Part shown: one piece after another, positions 1 through 14,081 of the stretch | Position numbering within the stretch: the stretch's first letter is position 1 | Layout: the number at the start of each line of letters is the position of its first letter | Assembly: GCA_030704615.1 (NCBI GenBank) | Contig: CM060732.1 | Span: 29,698,001-29,762,000 of the forward strand | Length of the DNA stretch: 64,000 nucleotides | Direction: 5' to 3' | From: Takakia lepidozioides | Taxonomy: Eukaryota; Plantae; Bryophyta | Notes under the pieces: generated by a model | Told to the model about the DNA's origin: nothing | Database searches by the model: none | What the model saw: the letters and a program-made list of their open reading frames with translations, nothing else | Position numbers and translations under genes: made by a program

Positions 1-146
1 CCCCATGTTAAAAAGTCAGAACCTGAACCGGACCGGAACCGCCTTAATTAAAAATAACCGGATCCGGATCCGGAACCGTCTCTTCAAAAATTTGTGGAAC
101 CGGAACCGAAGGTTCCTTCACAAAGGCAAGAATCGCCCAACACTGG
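1..146 (+). mobile_element. Right terminus of a hAT-like DNA transposon (rest lies upstream of the window)
   Basis: Matches 4491-4636 with 1 mismatch; AACCGG-rich subterminal motifs; ends CCAACACTG(G). Confidence 0.7.
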
Positions 147-265
147 ACAATACCTTAGGCATTTGGTCCCATTATGAATATAATATTTGGCTGTATATGT
201 TTTGTGTGCAGTTTCTCTCTGGATTGGATGCTATGTGCGATTGGAAAAGGCTCTACGGACTTTAA

Positions 266-1299
266 CCCCTAAACGACGAGCCGACCTGAATCGGGTCGGC
301 CCGATTTTTCATCCATCCGTAGCATGCACAGATGAAGTACGATGAATGAGCGGCTTGAACGAAAAATGTAGCGTTGAACGAGCTGCACACGCAGGTCTTT
401 ATGGCGCCCCCAACAAGAGAAAAACTCCGCCGTCAGGAATTTTTTGAAGTTTGGAAATTGCAGGATTTTGGGTGGGTTGGGGGGGGGGGGGGGGGCACGG
501 CAGTTGCCCGTCGACGTGGCAGGTGGCAGCGGCCACGCGGGTGGGATTTTGCGGCGGGGGCAGGGGTTGGAGTGGGGGGCTTGTGAGGCCCTCCCCAAAA
601 CGCCGACAAACACGGGGACAGCTGGAATGAGCTGGCCCTCGCAAATAATGGGAAACCTCGGTGTGGCCCGGAAAAAGTCACCGGATTCAGGAGAAATTCC
701 GGCCACCGATTGCCTGACCTGGAGGAGGCCGGAAATTTCACAAAATCCCACATCCCAAATGCGTTTTAGGCAATTTTTGGGAAATTCTTGGGTAGGCTTG
801 TGTAGTTCTTGGCCTATGAGGGACTGACCGTTGGAATTCCCAAATGAAGGAGAATTTGGGGTCCCAATGGTGCCTATACCATTTCCTTTGCAAGTCTCTT
901 TTTGGACCCCCATTCTAGTCACATACAAAGCACCCCCCCTTTCATTTTAGCAGATTGGGGTGAAATTTGGTGTGAGGGTTTGGGATTGTGCACTTCACAG
1001 GAATATAGCACTTTTTCTCCCAGGAAAATTTGGGATCATGGATAATTTGCTTGGTCAAACATGAACTTTTGCTTTGTTTTTTCTATTTTCAAAAAAATGC
1101 ACCGTCTTCAAATGTTATAATCTCCCAACTACACGGTTGAATCTCCCCAAATTTGGGGGGTTTATGCATCTGGTAGGTAGAAAGCAGTTTGTACGGTTCA
1201 TCAAAGTGGATGAACGTTGGTGGGCAGCTAGCCGCTGACGAGTTAGGGTGGGTCCCGGAATTGTCCAAAAACCCAAAAACACCTCTCGTCCTTTAGGGG
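266..1299. mobile_element. Non-autonomous piggyBac-like element
   Basis: TTAA at 262-265 and 1300-1303; TIRs CCCCTAAACGACGAG (266-280) and CTCGTCCTTTAGGGG (1285-1299), 14/15 match; no transposase ORF. Confidence 0.75.
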
Positions 1300-2727
1300 T
1301 TAAGCCAAGAGGCATTTCAGCAGTGTCAAATGCATTTGAATAATAATTAGTAAATCCAAATATCAGTTTCATAATATTATACATCAATATTTAACTCATA
1401 CCAAAATAGTTTCACCAGGCCTCTGTCCCTGGTTTTATTTATAAATAAACAAGAAATAAATTTTTGTCTTATGTAGAATATGTTTAAAATATAGTTTGAA
1501 TATGTAATTATGTTATTTCAATATAACATTTTAAGGAAATTTACTACTTAGAGTTTTAGGGTGGAGCCATTAGGTGACTAGACGCTTTGTTTTAACATGA
1601 AAACTAACTTTTGTTTTTCATCTAAAAGGTTTTTTTTTTCATCTACTTTTATTCGTCGGATCAGCTCGCAGGCTGAGCGATGGCGCGGGGCGAATATCGC
1701 TATCAGCACGGGGAAGCGGTGTCAAGGGCGGATCAGCCCACTTTTCCAGCGGATCAGCCCCGTTTCTTGGTCATGTGCGCAGGACTAGAGGGGGTTTCCG
1801 TTTCGGCCTCAAGGCCCGCCCACCGGTTGCTGGGGCTGGTGTACAAAAATAAAAAAACCAAATTAGAAGCAAGCTTTAGCGCTGCAGAAATCTGTTGGGG
1901 ATATATCCCATATTGTTTGTAGGGAAGCGTCTATTCAGTTTGGTAGTTTTTGATTTGTTTGTAGCATCTCTCAAACCACGTGCATGCGCCTGTGCCCAGG
2001 TTCTTTTATTTTATTTCAGGTTCTTGATACTGCTGGAAAACCCTGGATGAGTAGAGGTAAGTATATCGAGGCAGTTTCATAATTTTTTGACCTATGGTGT
2101 GGAAGACATCGAATTTTGAGTACGTTTTATCACTAGACATTCATGAAAAATAACAAATTGGGTTTTTTTTACAATATAGAATGACTATGTGCTGAACGGC
2201 ACAGGCCCGCAGCCTTGCATGCATTCAACCATCCTAAGTCTAGTGTAAACCATCTATATATTAAGTTTGGTAGTTTGCGTTGTTTTGTTTTGTTCGTAGC
2301 GCTGTTGAGGATTTCCGAACCGCGAGGCATCTGCTCAGGGTCTTGATACCTTTGGAAAATCCTTGATGAACAGGGGTGCCGGTTTCATAATATTTTTAAA
2401 CCTGTGGTGTGAGAGATATTGAATTTCAGGTAATTTTGTCCTTGGAAATTCATAAATAATAGTAAATTGGGGTTTTCTCTAGAATATTGGTGTGGAAGAT
2501 ATTGAATTTCAAGTTATTTTTATCATTGAAAATTCATAAATAATAGTAAATTGGAATATTGGTGTGGAAGGTATTGATTTTCATTGAGTGTCTTATGTTT
2601 TGTCACTAGAATTTCAATGTAAGAACTTAATGGACGCATGTGATCTGACAGTACTTTCGCCGGATTCCCGCAGCCTGGGCTCCTCCGGCGGGGCCCCTGT
2701 CAAATGCTCCCCACCTCCTCATGAGAT

Positions 2728-3902
2728 CGGTTTCTATAAAAAATGCCCAATCAGAGTTGCAAAAAACCATTACTTGGACAAAAAAAAGTGGCAAAGGGAT
2801 ATAAGAATGGGCAAAGGCATGTGTGGACAGCGGCATTCATCCCCACAAACTGAAGACTCCGGTGAAGACACGGTTTGCTTCCAAGGTGATCATCTTCCAA
2901 GAGACTTTGGAGTTTAGGCAAGCCATAATTACTTGTTACTCTAGGCAAACCTTATTGACACTGCAGTCTCGCATACAAAGTCCACAAATGTGGGTCATTG
3001 CCCAATCAATTTCTACAGTTCTAGGGCCTGTGGTTCATGAGTGCATTATGAATCAATCTGGGGGATTTTGGCTGTTGTCCGATGCTCTTAATGCAGCCAT
3101 TGCCACAACAATTCGCATGCGAGGAAGTAGTGCTCCCAGGGCTGCAACTGTGGATCATTGCATGGGGGATTTCTCAACAGAGTTGACATTGTTGGAATGG
3201 CGGATGGCTCGAGAGGTGGTATATGTCTTGGAACCATTTCTTTCTTTTTTGGAAGGGTTTCAATCGCGCAAAGCTCACAATATGCTCGCGCTTATGCTTG
3301 ACCTACGTTACAAGGGGTTGTCATTGGTATCACAATATGTGGGCAAAGAGCGTGCTTTGCATATTGTGTCCCAATATGATAGCATGGTGTTAGAGCCTCT
3401 TTTGATAAAGTGTTTCAAGGTCTTACATCCGGATACTCCGGCCCAATCACAGCCCACCTCCACAATGGACGAGATGTTCTTATTTGGTGTGCATGACCAC
3501 AATGAAGACATGACATTGACAATAGTGAGAGAACAACTATCACATTTCAGAAGGACGAAGATAATTGAGGGTGAGTGTGTGGCTCCTTTGAAATGGTGGA
3601 AAGAACACGAGTATCTCTTTCCGTATGTGGGATTTTTGGCACGGCTAATCTTGGGCATAGTTGGATCTCAGATTGAAGCTGAGAGGGTTTTTAGTATTGC
3701 AGGTGTCATAACAAACTTGAGACGGTGCATGTTAAATATTGAAAACCTTGATATACTTGTGAGTGTAGTCAAGAATTGGCCAAATAATGCTAGAGTTGGT
3801 TGCTTTAGTACTTCCATGAAAGAGTTTTTGGATAGGGAAGAAGTCCTCGTAGATGAGAATGAGGACTTGATTGCAGAGGCAAACCTCTTTGAGGTAGAAT
3901 GA
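2728..3902 (+). pseudogene. 5'-truncated hAT transposase with C-terminal dimerisation domain
   Basis: KLKTPVKTRF, ALMLDLRYK, PLKWWKEHE...LARLILGIVGSQIEAERVFSIAG; an upstream in-frame piece (QKTITWTKKSGKG) is cut by a TAA near 2802. Confidence 0.85.
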
Positions 3903-4429
3903 TTTGTCTTAAAGATAAATTATTGTTCAACATATTACATTATATTCCTTTGATTGGAGTTTGTTTATTTGTCATTTTTATTGAAAATTTCAGTGACATC
4001 CCGTGTACTTAGTTTGTTGTATGCTATATTGACAAAGCATCATCCAAAACACACAAATTTATGTAGTTTTTTTTAGTTGTGCTTTTGCTGCACCATAAAA
4101 GGTAACCATAGAATTACACATGTTTAATTTGTTTTGTATTTTGAATTAAGATCCTTATGTAGTTAGTTTGTTTTAGTTGTTCTTTGCTACACCGTACGAA
4201 AACTTATAAAATCTCTGGTTTTCCGTTTTTAATGGAGACCATGCGTATTTAACTAGTTATATATACCATAAAAGACAATCACAAAAAACATATAAGTTTA
4301 TTTACTTCTGTTTTACTAATAAATTCCCTGGTTTTAGTTGAAAATTCTCAGTATGACCAATCAGATCAGTTCATCTAATTTTCCAGAAGAATAAAAAAAT
4401 TAAAAGAATTTAATATATTTTTAAAAAAG

Positions 4430-4636
4430 AACCGGAACCTAACCGGAACTGGTGTTTTTTTTCCAGCAACTAACCGGTAACCGGAACCGCCCCCATGTTA
4501 AAAAGTCAGAACCTGAACCGGACCGGAACCGCCTTAATTAAAAATAACCGGATCCGGATCCGGAACCGTCTCTTCAAAAATTTGTGGAACCGGAACCGAA
4601 GGTTCCTTCACAAAGGCAAGAACCGCCCAACACTGG
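4430..4636 (+). mobile_element. Right subterminal region and TIR of the hAT element
   Basis: Clustered AACCGG/AACCGC motifs ending CCCAACACTG, downstream of the transposase. Confidence 0.7.
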
Positions 4637-5261
4637 TTATTTCCACACGCATATATTTGTATTGATTTTTGTTCAATGAAATTTTCATCTTATTACAAAC
4701 AACATGAGAAGAGGCTTGCTTTGCTGCAATTTTTAGGTATTAGGCACTTTGGTCCCGTAGTTTCTGAACAATTATGCCAAAATCTGAAAAATTCCCAAAA
4801 TGCATTAGGCACTTTCATGGTGAATTAATTATCTCCTAAACGGTTGATAAGGGACCCTAATACAGGCTATTCCTAGATCAATTGGATAAATCAAAGAAAT
4901 TACAATGCTTTATCCATCACTCAGAATGGAAAATGCAAGGCACTGAAAACTTGGCTGGGGTGAATTCTTGCCCAAGTTCAGCCAGCGGATGAGTCCGCAG
5001 ATTTCATCCGCCCGTCTGCGTTGTCACGGCGGATCCGTACATCTCTGAGCCACGGAGGCATTACACGGGCAGACTGAGCGGGCCAGCTTTCGTTTTGTCA
5101 AGAAATGCATGTATCACGGTCCATTTTTAGACGTTATGAATTATCAAGTGCTGCTTGTTGAGGGTGCGGGTTCTAGGGTTGCGTGCGAGGGAGGAGCGGG
5201 GTGGTTTGCGGTGTTGCCCGACGGTCGGAGGAGAGGCGTGTGAGACACACGGAGCCAGGGA

Positions 5262-6906
5262 ATGACGCAGAAGAGTGGGCTCTTCAAAGGGCAGCAGAAA
5301 AAGAGCAGTGCTGCCAACCGCCACGGCAAGCTCCCGCACATCCGGAAAGGTTCGCTTCTGTCTCTCAGGATCTCTCTCTCCTGGGATTTGTCTCTGTGTC
5401 TAAGAGTGGGGATTGGTAACGTACTTGAAGAAAAATCACATAAGGGGACTAAGGTGGAATGATATGTATCCTGGGCTACTAACAAGCATTGTAAGCTTTT
5501 CTTTAGCGAGTGCTTTCCTGGGCCTCCTGCCATCTTTGAGGCATGGGTCCTATGACCTACCAGTGCGTCGCGACTTCAGCATTCCACTGTCAAGTTGCTA
5601 GCTACTGACAGCGTTCGCAAGTGCATGAGCCTTGGTTTTGTGAAGAAAAAAAATTGTGGTTTTGGCCCGTAAGTAGTAATGGAACGGTGGTTTCTCAAGA
5701 AGCGTCTCCTAGGTTCCTCTGGTTGTAGGTGTTGTAGCATTCTTAGGAGGAGCTTGGTCCATGGCTATTGTAAAATTGTCTTTGGTTAATTCCGACCATT
5801 GAGTGGTAACTGGCTCACAATTTCAGTCCTCTGCCATGCCAAGGTAGGTCTTATGCACAATCTCAACACCCACATAGCATGCAAGGTTTTCATGTTGGGT
5901 GCTGTGGCGATCGCAGGAAGGGTGTTCAAGGCGTCTCTAAAGAAGAACAAGGACTTGGAAGCAAGTGAGGTTAGTCCCTCTTCTCCTCAAGTAGGCTTTG
6001 GCTAAGCTGTATGATGTTTTCTTTGTCAATCGTGCGTTTCTGCAGAAGCAGAGAACAGAACGATTATGAAACTCCAAAATCATCACAAACGTCAGATATC
6101 ATGAGAGCCACCATGCAAACACATCTTTGCATCCTTCCCTTCACAGATGTAAAAGGTCGGCAGACATATTGTATATGGTTCATGACTTCACGTGGAAGTA
6201 AATAGGGCTGAATGTGACTAATCAGCATATGGCAACATTAATATGGTGTATGAATTTGTTACATTGCTAGATGTGCTCTATATTCAAGTTCACCTGTACT
6301 CTAGGGCTAGGGACTGGTAAGATATATGTCACTACCATGATTTTGAGGAAAATGCAAGGCCATATTGTATAAGGAAGTGTATACCATCTGGGCATGAGCT
6401 TCCCGGAAGTGTTTATGTTTCTGTCTGGATGCATGGGCTGACAGTTTGGCTGATGACAAGTAGATGTCTGTAGGTGTCCTACAGATTCCATGTGGGATAG
6501 AGCTTCTTTGGTGGTTCCATCTGTAATCAGCAGACTCATTGCAGATACGTGTAACATTGTGGTCGGAGTTGTCCTAGCCTCATGGTGCCGCCGTGGCCAA
6601 GCCTGTGATTAATTGGCATGCTACGTTCTTGTGCATGGAAGCCCCGGTGCTGTTACCAGTACAAACCTAACCCTAGTTAGTGACTGACACCTCCATCCTA
6701 GTTTGTTCTCATGGTGCTGGGATACTCATTTCAAATCATCTATGCAGGAGGTGGGGAAGTTCATAAATGCAGCCAATGAGATGAAGGCAGCCGCCCAAGC
6801 TTGCAAGGAAGGAGCTCGGTTGCATCTAGTAAACACTCCAGCTGGTAGCACTGCTACCTTGTCCAGCAAAGAGTCTAAGTCAGTGATTGGCAAAAAGAAA
6901 AAATGA
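5262..6906 (+). CDS. UPF0390 / Leydig cell tumor 10 kDa-like small basic protein (99 aa, 3 exons)
   Basis: Exons 5262-5349, 5917-5969 and 6748-6906 have GT-AG borders and join in frame: MTQKSGLFKGQQKK...NRHGKLPHIRKGRVFK...EVGKFINAANEMKAAAQACKEG. Confidence 0.8.
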
Positions 6907-8284
6907 TACCGTCAAGATTAATCTTGTAAATGTAATGTAAGTCTTTTGCTCTACGAATGATCATGTATGTTGAGGGGCAGATAGCCATGAAAGTTAGTGA
7001 AGGGGCAGTTTCTGCTGGGTTGATCTACGATCGTAGTCCTTGGCCAAGCATGACAGCTCTGTTCATTTTGAAACAAACAGGTAGTTTATGAGAAATCTGT
7101 CAATCGTTTTTGGTTATGGACGATGACAAAGCATCACATGGTTGTGTTGACGGTCATTTCTGTCAGGCCAGAGTTAAACAGACCTCTGTGAAGCCGAGCA
7201 ATTGTAAGGTGTACTAGCAAGTTTGCTCTAGTGAGCAAAGAAGTCCATATCCATATATCTACCAGCTCATGCAGTGGAAGGCTGCCTGGTATAAGATTAT
7301 CAACCACTTATTTGCAAATGGTTCCATCTTCGAAGTCTCAGTCTGACATAGTGATATGAAACCAGAAGTTTGAAAACCACATGTGGAGTAGTTGTCTCAA
7401 AATTCAAGATAGCTTTCCCATGTCTGTTGGCAGAGGGTTCTCATTGCACTGCTAGGCTTAAGAGCCCTCCAAAGTCCATGTAAGCGCCAATAACGAAAAT
7501 GGTCAATAGACAAACCATTGTATGTAAAGGCAATGAGTGGCTTGGAGAATGGTGCAACTGCTATTGTCAAGAGATGGGCAATTGTGAGATGATGTGGTCA
7601 TGGTTGAAAGATTGAGATTAGTTGAAAGAAGAGGACGGGCCGTGGGGACCAAAGATGCTTTTGGCATTCATACTTTTTAGTCATGCACCCATTGTGGGCT
7701 GCTCTACCTGCACCCACCTTCCATCAACTCACCTAAGAGACCATAAACGAGAGAAAATCCGAACAGTAGGGGTAACTTGAATTGACTGGCAGAAACGATT
7801 GAACTCATCAAATGGGTGCTACCAGTATTATTAGTTGATGGTAGCATAAAGTTAGTGAGACCGGCCTCCTCTTCCTTAGTATCTGCAGAGCTTGTCAGTT
7901 TTCCTTTGCCTTTCCCTAGGGCTACCTGATGTCTTGGAGGTCCAAATCCCATAAATGCACTGTAGATTCCCTGGGAATTACCTTGGGAGGCACAGAGAGC
8001 GGTTCAGCGATCCTCTTGTGCGTGGTTTTTCGCATGTGAATCGTGAATTTGAACAGAGAAGTTGGCGTACTATTTACTCGGATCGTGTTGGCTCGTCGAT
8101 ACCTCACAGCCGGACTCTCATTTCTCACTCATTTCTGAAGGACTGTGAGTCTGCATCAAAATCTGGCCTTTGGACTGGGCAATCCTTCCTCGCAATTGGA
8201 GCAATGATTTGAGTGTAGAACCATCTTCTTCGCCGGGTTCAACTGTCGAAAGGAAGCGTGGGTCTATACACAAAGGGTGCTCTC

Positions 8285-11047
8285 ATGGCTTCCCAAGCCC
8301 TAGCGTTCCACCTCTCTCGCTCACTGCAGGCCAACAGAAAGGTGTTGTTGGAACAGAGCATCCACCCGACTGTGAGAGTGCTCTCCGTCTACAGTTTCCA
8401 TCAACGAATCACAACCTATGCAAAAGACAGCAATGCCCTGGGAGGTATGACCAAGGATCTATTGGAAGGGCTGATTGGGTTCGCCAAGGCTATTCCTGTG
8501 AAAGGGGAGAGCATAGAGGTGTTGAAAACACCGACCGAGTTCTTGGAAGTGCTGAAGGACGGGGTACGCAATGCGCGGGAGCGTGTGTTGATGGCCTCTC
8601 TCTACATCGGTACTGGGAATCTTGAACGCGAGCTGGTTTGTTCCGCCACCGAACTCTAGTAGGATTCTGAAGGTTTAGCATATGCAGTCCTCTACAAACT
8701 TTCAATGCAGTAAGCAGTATGATCCGTTGTGTGTGGTCGTCTGGAGCCAACTTGTGCATGCCTCCAAGGGCGAACAATAAGGAACCAGGATGTATGCTAC
8801 TCAGTGAAGTGAGTAGAAGTTTGTTAGACTGCAACACGAATTCTTTGAAGTACCAATAGAAGATAATTTATGGATGCTGATTTGTCCTAGTAGCTTCTAG
8901 TGTTAAATTTGAGTAACCTGGGAACTCGGGCTAGAATCTATCGAGTCAGCTTTCAGCAATGATTGCAACATGTAGGTAGTCTGAGCAATGCAGTTGTTCT
9001 TTCTTTTGTTTTTTGGGGAAATTGGTTTCTTTCTTTGGTCCTTGAAGCATACCAGGAATTGCATGTGGTAGATTTTCATCAGATACTTGTTTGTGCATGA
9101 GTACTCAACTACAATATATGTCACCTGATACCATGTCGGGGAGGCCTAAATTCTCTCACAGTCAATATGGGCAGGTGGATGTCATTGCAGATTCGCTAAC
9201 AAGGAATCCTTCACTTCGGGTGACCCTGTTGTTTGATGCGCTGCGAACTACTCGTCCATCCCAGGATCCCTCTGACATTTACAGCTCCAGTGCTGCAATG
9301 CTGGCAGACTTGTTGCTCTCAGACTCGGCCACCTGGCGCAGCAATACTGGGGGAAAACATGTGGAGCGACTGCAAGTGGCTTTGTATCATACGCCTGAAC
9401 TGAAGCAAGCTTTCAAGTGGGTTCTGCCAGCAAGGCTGAAGGAGGTTGTAGGGGTTTGCCACATCAAGGCGTTCATCTTTGATGATACAGTAGTGATATC
9501 AGGTGCCAATCTCAGTACCTCGTATTTTCACCAACGTCAAGACCGATATCTCTGCTTCCCAAATTGCAAGCCTTTGGCAGCCCATTTTTCCTCTCTCATT
9601 GACTTAGTGGCATCCTTCTCTTATACCCTGGATATGGCTGGAAAGCTCCACATTTCCATGGTCAACTGGACCCCCTTGTCAATCCTGTTGCATTTCGATC
9701 CGAAATGGCTCACGCAGTATCGGAATTGCTTTTGCCACCACCCACCTCACCAACTATTGGGGAAGGGGTGGATACATGGTTGTTTCCAACTGTGCAAATG
9801 GGACCCCTCGGGATTAGACAAGATGAAGATGCTATTCTATGGCTGTTAAATCAGTTGCCATCAGGGACGGATATCCATTTGTCGTCTCCCTACTTCAACT
9901 TGACTGCAGCCTATGAAGCAGCGCTGTTGGAAGCTGCTACCAACAAGCATGTTAAAATCCTCACCGCCTCACCAAAGGTGATGCACTTGCTTTAAGATAT
10001 CTGTGGCTGGCGGGTGTTAGTTTCTCTGTTTTACAGGAGTTTGGGAGAAGGAACAGAACAACGTGTTGTGAGAATTGATTTAACAAGTTTTAGAGTGGTC
10101 TAAAGTGTCATGGAAGTTGCAGTCTCTATCTCTGTTGCTTAAATGGTTTCTTATGAAAGTGCTCAAGGGAGACCTGTCAATTGCCACCACATGGAGTTGG
10201 AACCCTCCATAGACCAGTGGTTCCTGGAGAAGAGCCTTCTACAACAAGTCAATAGCTTCTTGCATAGGTTTTGGGGTGGATCCCAGGATGGATGATTCAG
10301 CACTTTGGCAAGAAGCTCGAGCTGAAGCGGTGACCTCCCTTCGGTCTCAGTTCTCTGTTGAATAATCATGTTGATGGATGCTATGGTAAAGAGCTTTCTC
10401 AAGAACATCTGGAAGGTACAATTACCTTAAAAGGTAAATCCCACTGCAGGAGGGAACCCTCTGTGATAGGTAGTGGACCCCACTCTCTTCTATCCTTCCT
10501 CTCCTTTTTTGTGCTCTGATCAGGGCCTATGGCCACATACCTGTGGGAAGGCTACTGACAAGTGAATGGTGATGTGGGGCAGGCCAATGGGTTTTACGGA
10601 TCTAAGGGGTTATCAGGCTGGATCCCTCGTGCATATTCCCTGTTGGAGGAGAGTCTACATGAGCGTGCACAATCTCTAAACGTTCACGACACAGAAAAAG
10701 CTCAGGATGTTAGTAGGAGAGGTGGCCTCAACATTTATGAGTATGGAAGGGAGGGTTGGACTTTTCATGCCAAGGGGCTGTGGTGTAGCCTGACAGGGGA
10801 AGATGGAGTACCCAGCATTACGTCAATTGGTAGCTCGAACTTTGGATATCGCTCTTGTGATAGAGACTTAGAAGCACAGCTGTGGCTTCTTACCACTTCG
10901 CCATACCTACGCAAGCAGCTTCAAAGAGAACGTGATGATCTCTATAATAAAGCCCAGCCTGTGAATGCTGGTCTCTTTACAGAATTGGATCGCCGGGGAG
11001 GTCGTACTGCTTCCCTCGCTATTCGCCTTTTCAGGACACTGTTATGA
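8285..11047 (+). CDS. PGS1: PLD-superfamily phosphatidylglycerophosphate synthase, probably mitochondrial; one frameshift in exon 2
   Basis: Exons 8285-8635, 9175-9977 and 10583-11047; motifs MASLYIG, HIKAFIFDDTVVISGANLSTSYFHQRQDRY, SSPYFN, GWTFHAKGLW, IGSSNFGYRS..RDLE; frame change within ~9603-9700. Confidence 0.88.
10370..10550 (+). mobile_element. Old 3' fragment of an RTE/RTEX-like LINE in PGS1 intron 2
   Basis: DAMVKSFLKNIWK resembles IDACVKGFLEDIWK of the 40.5 kb LINE; followed by a similar ATGGCCACA terminal motif. Confidence 0.4.
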
Positions 11048-14000
11048 CTCCATTTGACTTTGTAGATAGATGGCTCGTTTGGTAGCTATCTGACAGTTTT
11101 CCCTCTCCCCTCTGTTTCTTAGTCAGCTAGAAGTGGAAGGACCATCTTCTAGGAGTTTTTTGGTTGAAAGAGTCAGTGGGAAGTTAGTATTTTAGAAACA
11201 GGACAGCTTACTGACAAGTCGCTTGAGGGTGACTTTGGACCATACACCAGTTTTAAAGACTCGCCTGGAGATCAATACTTTCTCGATTTAGATACACCTT
11301 ACATTTCATGTGGTGATCTAGCAACTTCAGCTTGAAAAGCTTAGGGCTGGTCAAGCATGAACAAAATCGTCAATCCGATTCTCAAGAACCTGGAGTGTCA
11401 CCAGCGTAACAAAGGAGGAGAGATTGGGGCACACTCCACCCATTTTCCATCAGGTTCGTATACTTGAAAGCCTCCACCATTGTACTTCTTTGCAAAATTG
11501 TCAGGGTCTGGGATTGGCTTACTGTTGCTCCTCATGTTCAAAAGTGTCATAGGCAATGTTTGTGGTGTTGCCATGAGTTTTCATACCAGTCATGGCTTAC
11601 TGAAGTTCACTGTTGGTTACTGTCTATTCATGGAGCGCTTTACAAGAGCGCAATGGGTCTCTTGCGTCAGTTTCTTGTGTTTTGGTTGTTGGCTGTATGA
11701 TGGGAGGGGCACTTTGCTGGGGCTGACGGACATATTGTCAAGTGGATGAAAGAGTACAGAGTGTCTTGTTGCCCTTGAGAAGCAGCAAATTGAACTCAAC
11801 TGGATTTGAGGATTTCCCTTCTAGGCATGGAGGCTGAAGTTAGGCATCTCTCCATGAGAGTCTGAACTCATCATCTGTCTGTGCAGGTCAAAGGGTAAAT
11901 CACCAAGGGAATCAAGGAGTCATAAAATCTGTGACAGACGAGGAAATACTGTTGGTGGTAAAATGTAACTCAGTGGACTTGGAGCTCCAGGAGCTGCTTA
12001 CTGGCTCAGATTGCTCGCATACTTGGACCTCCACGAGTTGCATGAATGCTAGCCTCTCACACCCCTGTGCGGAGTGCCGTAGTAGTAGCATTGTTGGATT
12101 GCAGTCATACTTGATTTGGTTGAATACTGTGCAATTTCCTTGCAGAATCAGCTGATGTAAGTTCTCTTTATCAAGAAACATACCAATCCTATGATCTGCA
12201 ATTATGGTTCTGCCTGAAACAGCTGTCATCTATGCAATAGGCATATGTTGAGAACATGATGTCCAAACAAAACGAAAGAGCAGGTGCACAAACTTTGCAA
12301 AATATTTGTGATGAATATCATCTGCATATGCTTTGCGGTGCTCAAATTTGCTGAGTTCAATCTTGTAGCAGGAACTGGTGGCCACAAATGTAGAGTTGCA
12401 GCAAGAAAGGCTGCCACCAAACAATGCCATCTATTTCTGGAGAAGGGTGGCCCAGAGCTTCAGGCTGGAAGAAAGCTACTCATAGCTTGAAGGAAGATGC
12501 ACTATTAATCTTGGAAGGCAAGTCTTTAATGTGAAGGGAAATCCTCTTGTTGCTTGTATGGCATGGATTCGCTCCCATGTTCAAAATATCGAGGAAGAAG
12601 GAAAGGGAAAGGTGCCACTCAGCCTTGCCTTGTTTGCAGTGGGTGAAATTATTCTAGAAGTCTGGTTATTCTGACTCTACGTAGTTTTTACTACAATTCT
12701 GTCCATGTGAATTCCAATTGCTCGTTGCTACTTGCCTGACCCATCTTTCTGAGTGATTGCCTTTGTTCAGTGACGATCTTGAAGAGTAAAATATACTCCA
12801 AGTTGTCCTGTTGTTACTGTGATGGAGTTAAACTTTATTGCAACCTGTAATTGATCATTTGGTTATGAAAGGGGGTTGCTCTGGTGGAATGGACAGGCCA
12901 CTGCAAAGGAGAACCACATCTGTTACTGCACAATGTCAGGGACTGCAATTGGTTTCTGCAGCAGCAAGGCATAAGAGAAAGTCGCCAATTCACATCAGCA
13001 TGCAAGGTAATGTGGGTACACGATGTAGAAATTCAATGCGCCACCTGACAGCCTGGGAAGTTGAAGTGAAAGTGATGTTTTAGTGAGTTGGATGAAGACA
13101 GAGAGCAAGAATTTTCTGATTGGTAAGCTTAAAGGCATAGCATTTTCAATTGTAGAGCTGTATTATTTGCATGTCTTTGAAACCAGGGGGTAATAAGAAG
13201 ACCCCATCTTGGTGTGTAATGTTTGATGTACTGATTCGGTCTGCAAAAGTCAAGTCTGGTCAGTGGTCACATCTCAAGTGGTGATGGTGTGGAGTAAACT
13301 GAGCTTGAAGATTTTGAGGAAACCGACAGTTTGGAAACAGGAGAAGCAGTGGACGCTGAAGTTGAGAAGCTTATAAATTGTGGCGTCTAGATGAGAGTGT
13401 ATTTAAGGTCAGTTATAGTCTCAGACAGCGATCTTCCATCGAAATACCAGTTGGTGGTGAGGGAACTGTGCATGGATTTGACAAAGGTTCTGGCAGCCGT
13501 TGTGAGCCATTGGCAAAACCTCATCTAAGGTTGAGATCAAGCAGGTCAGTAGATTGAGACTTACCTTGGGCCTTCTCACTCACGTAGTCAAAAAGCCTAT
13601 AAAGTAGGTTTACCCATATTTCTTCGAACACTGGCCTAAAGAAACAGTTGGGAGGCGAAGGCCATACTGTATTGATTCTCTTTTTCAGTGTCTCATTGCC
13701 TTGCACAAGATGTAAGATCAGTTGAAGGTTGTAAACAGGTATTTCCAAACCATTTTATTCACACATCTTCATTGGATATTTTGCAGGTTCAGGATCCCAA
13801 TCGACAGCAATTCTCTAGTCATAAAGATGCCAGGCCTGCTGTACCTGATTGCCTGTTTATGCATGCCCCTTTGACTTTCATCATGGACTCCAAACATTCT
13901 CACCACAAAGTTGAAATTTTCAAAGGACAAGCCAGATCATTATATCACCACTATTCTTTCCCTCAATTTCAAGCTTACATCCCTCTATGCAAACCAGCAA

Positions 14001-14081
14001 AGCTTTACAGACAATATATCTTCCATCGCACGAACCAAGTGATGGAGCTGCAGGATCTGGCATGGCAGTTAGTGAGCATGA

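Noticed and set aside
269-928. 219-aa Pro-rich ORF
   Set aside because: Arises from the GC-rich, poly-G interior of the piggyBac-like element; no recognisable domain.
11100-13500. Possible decayed PPR or other gene
   Set aside because: Only vague fragments and no coherent frame.
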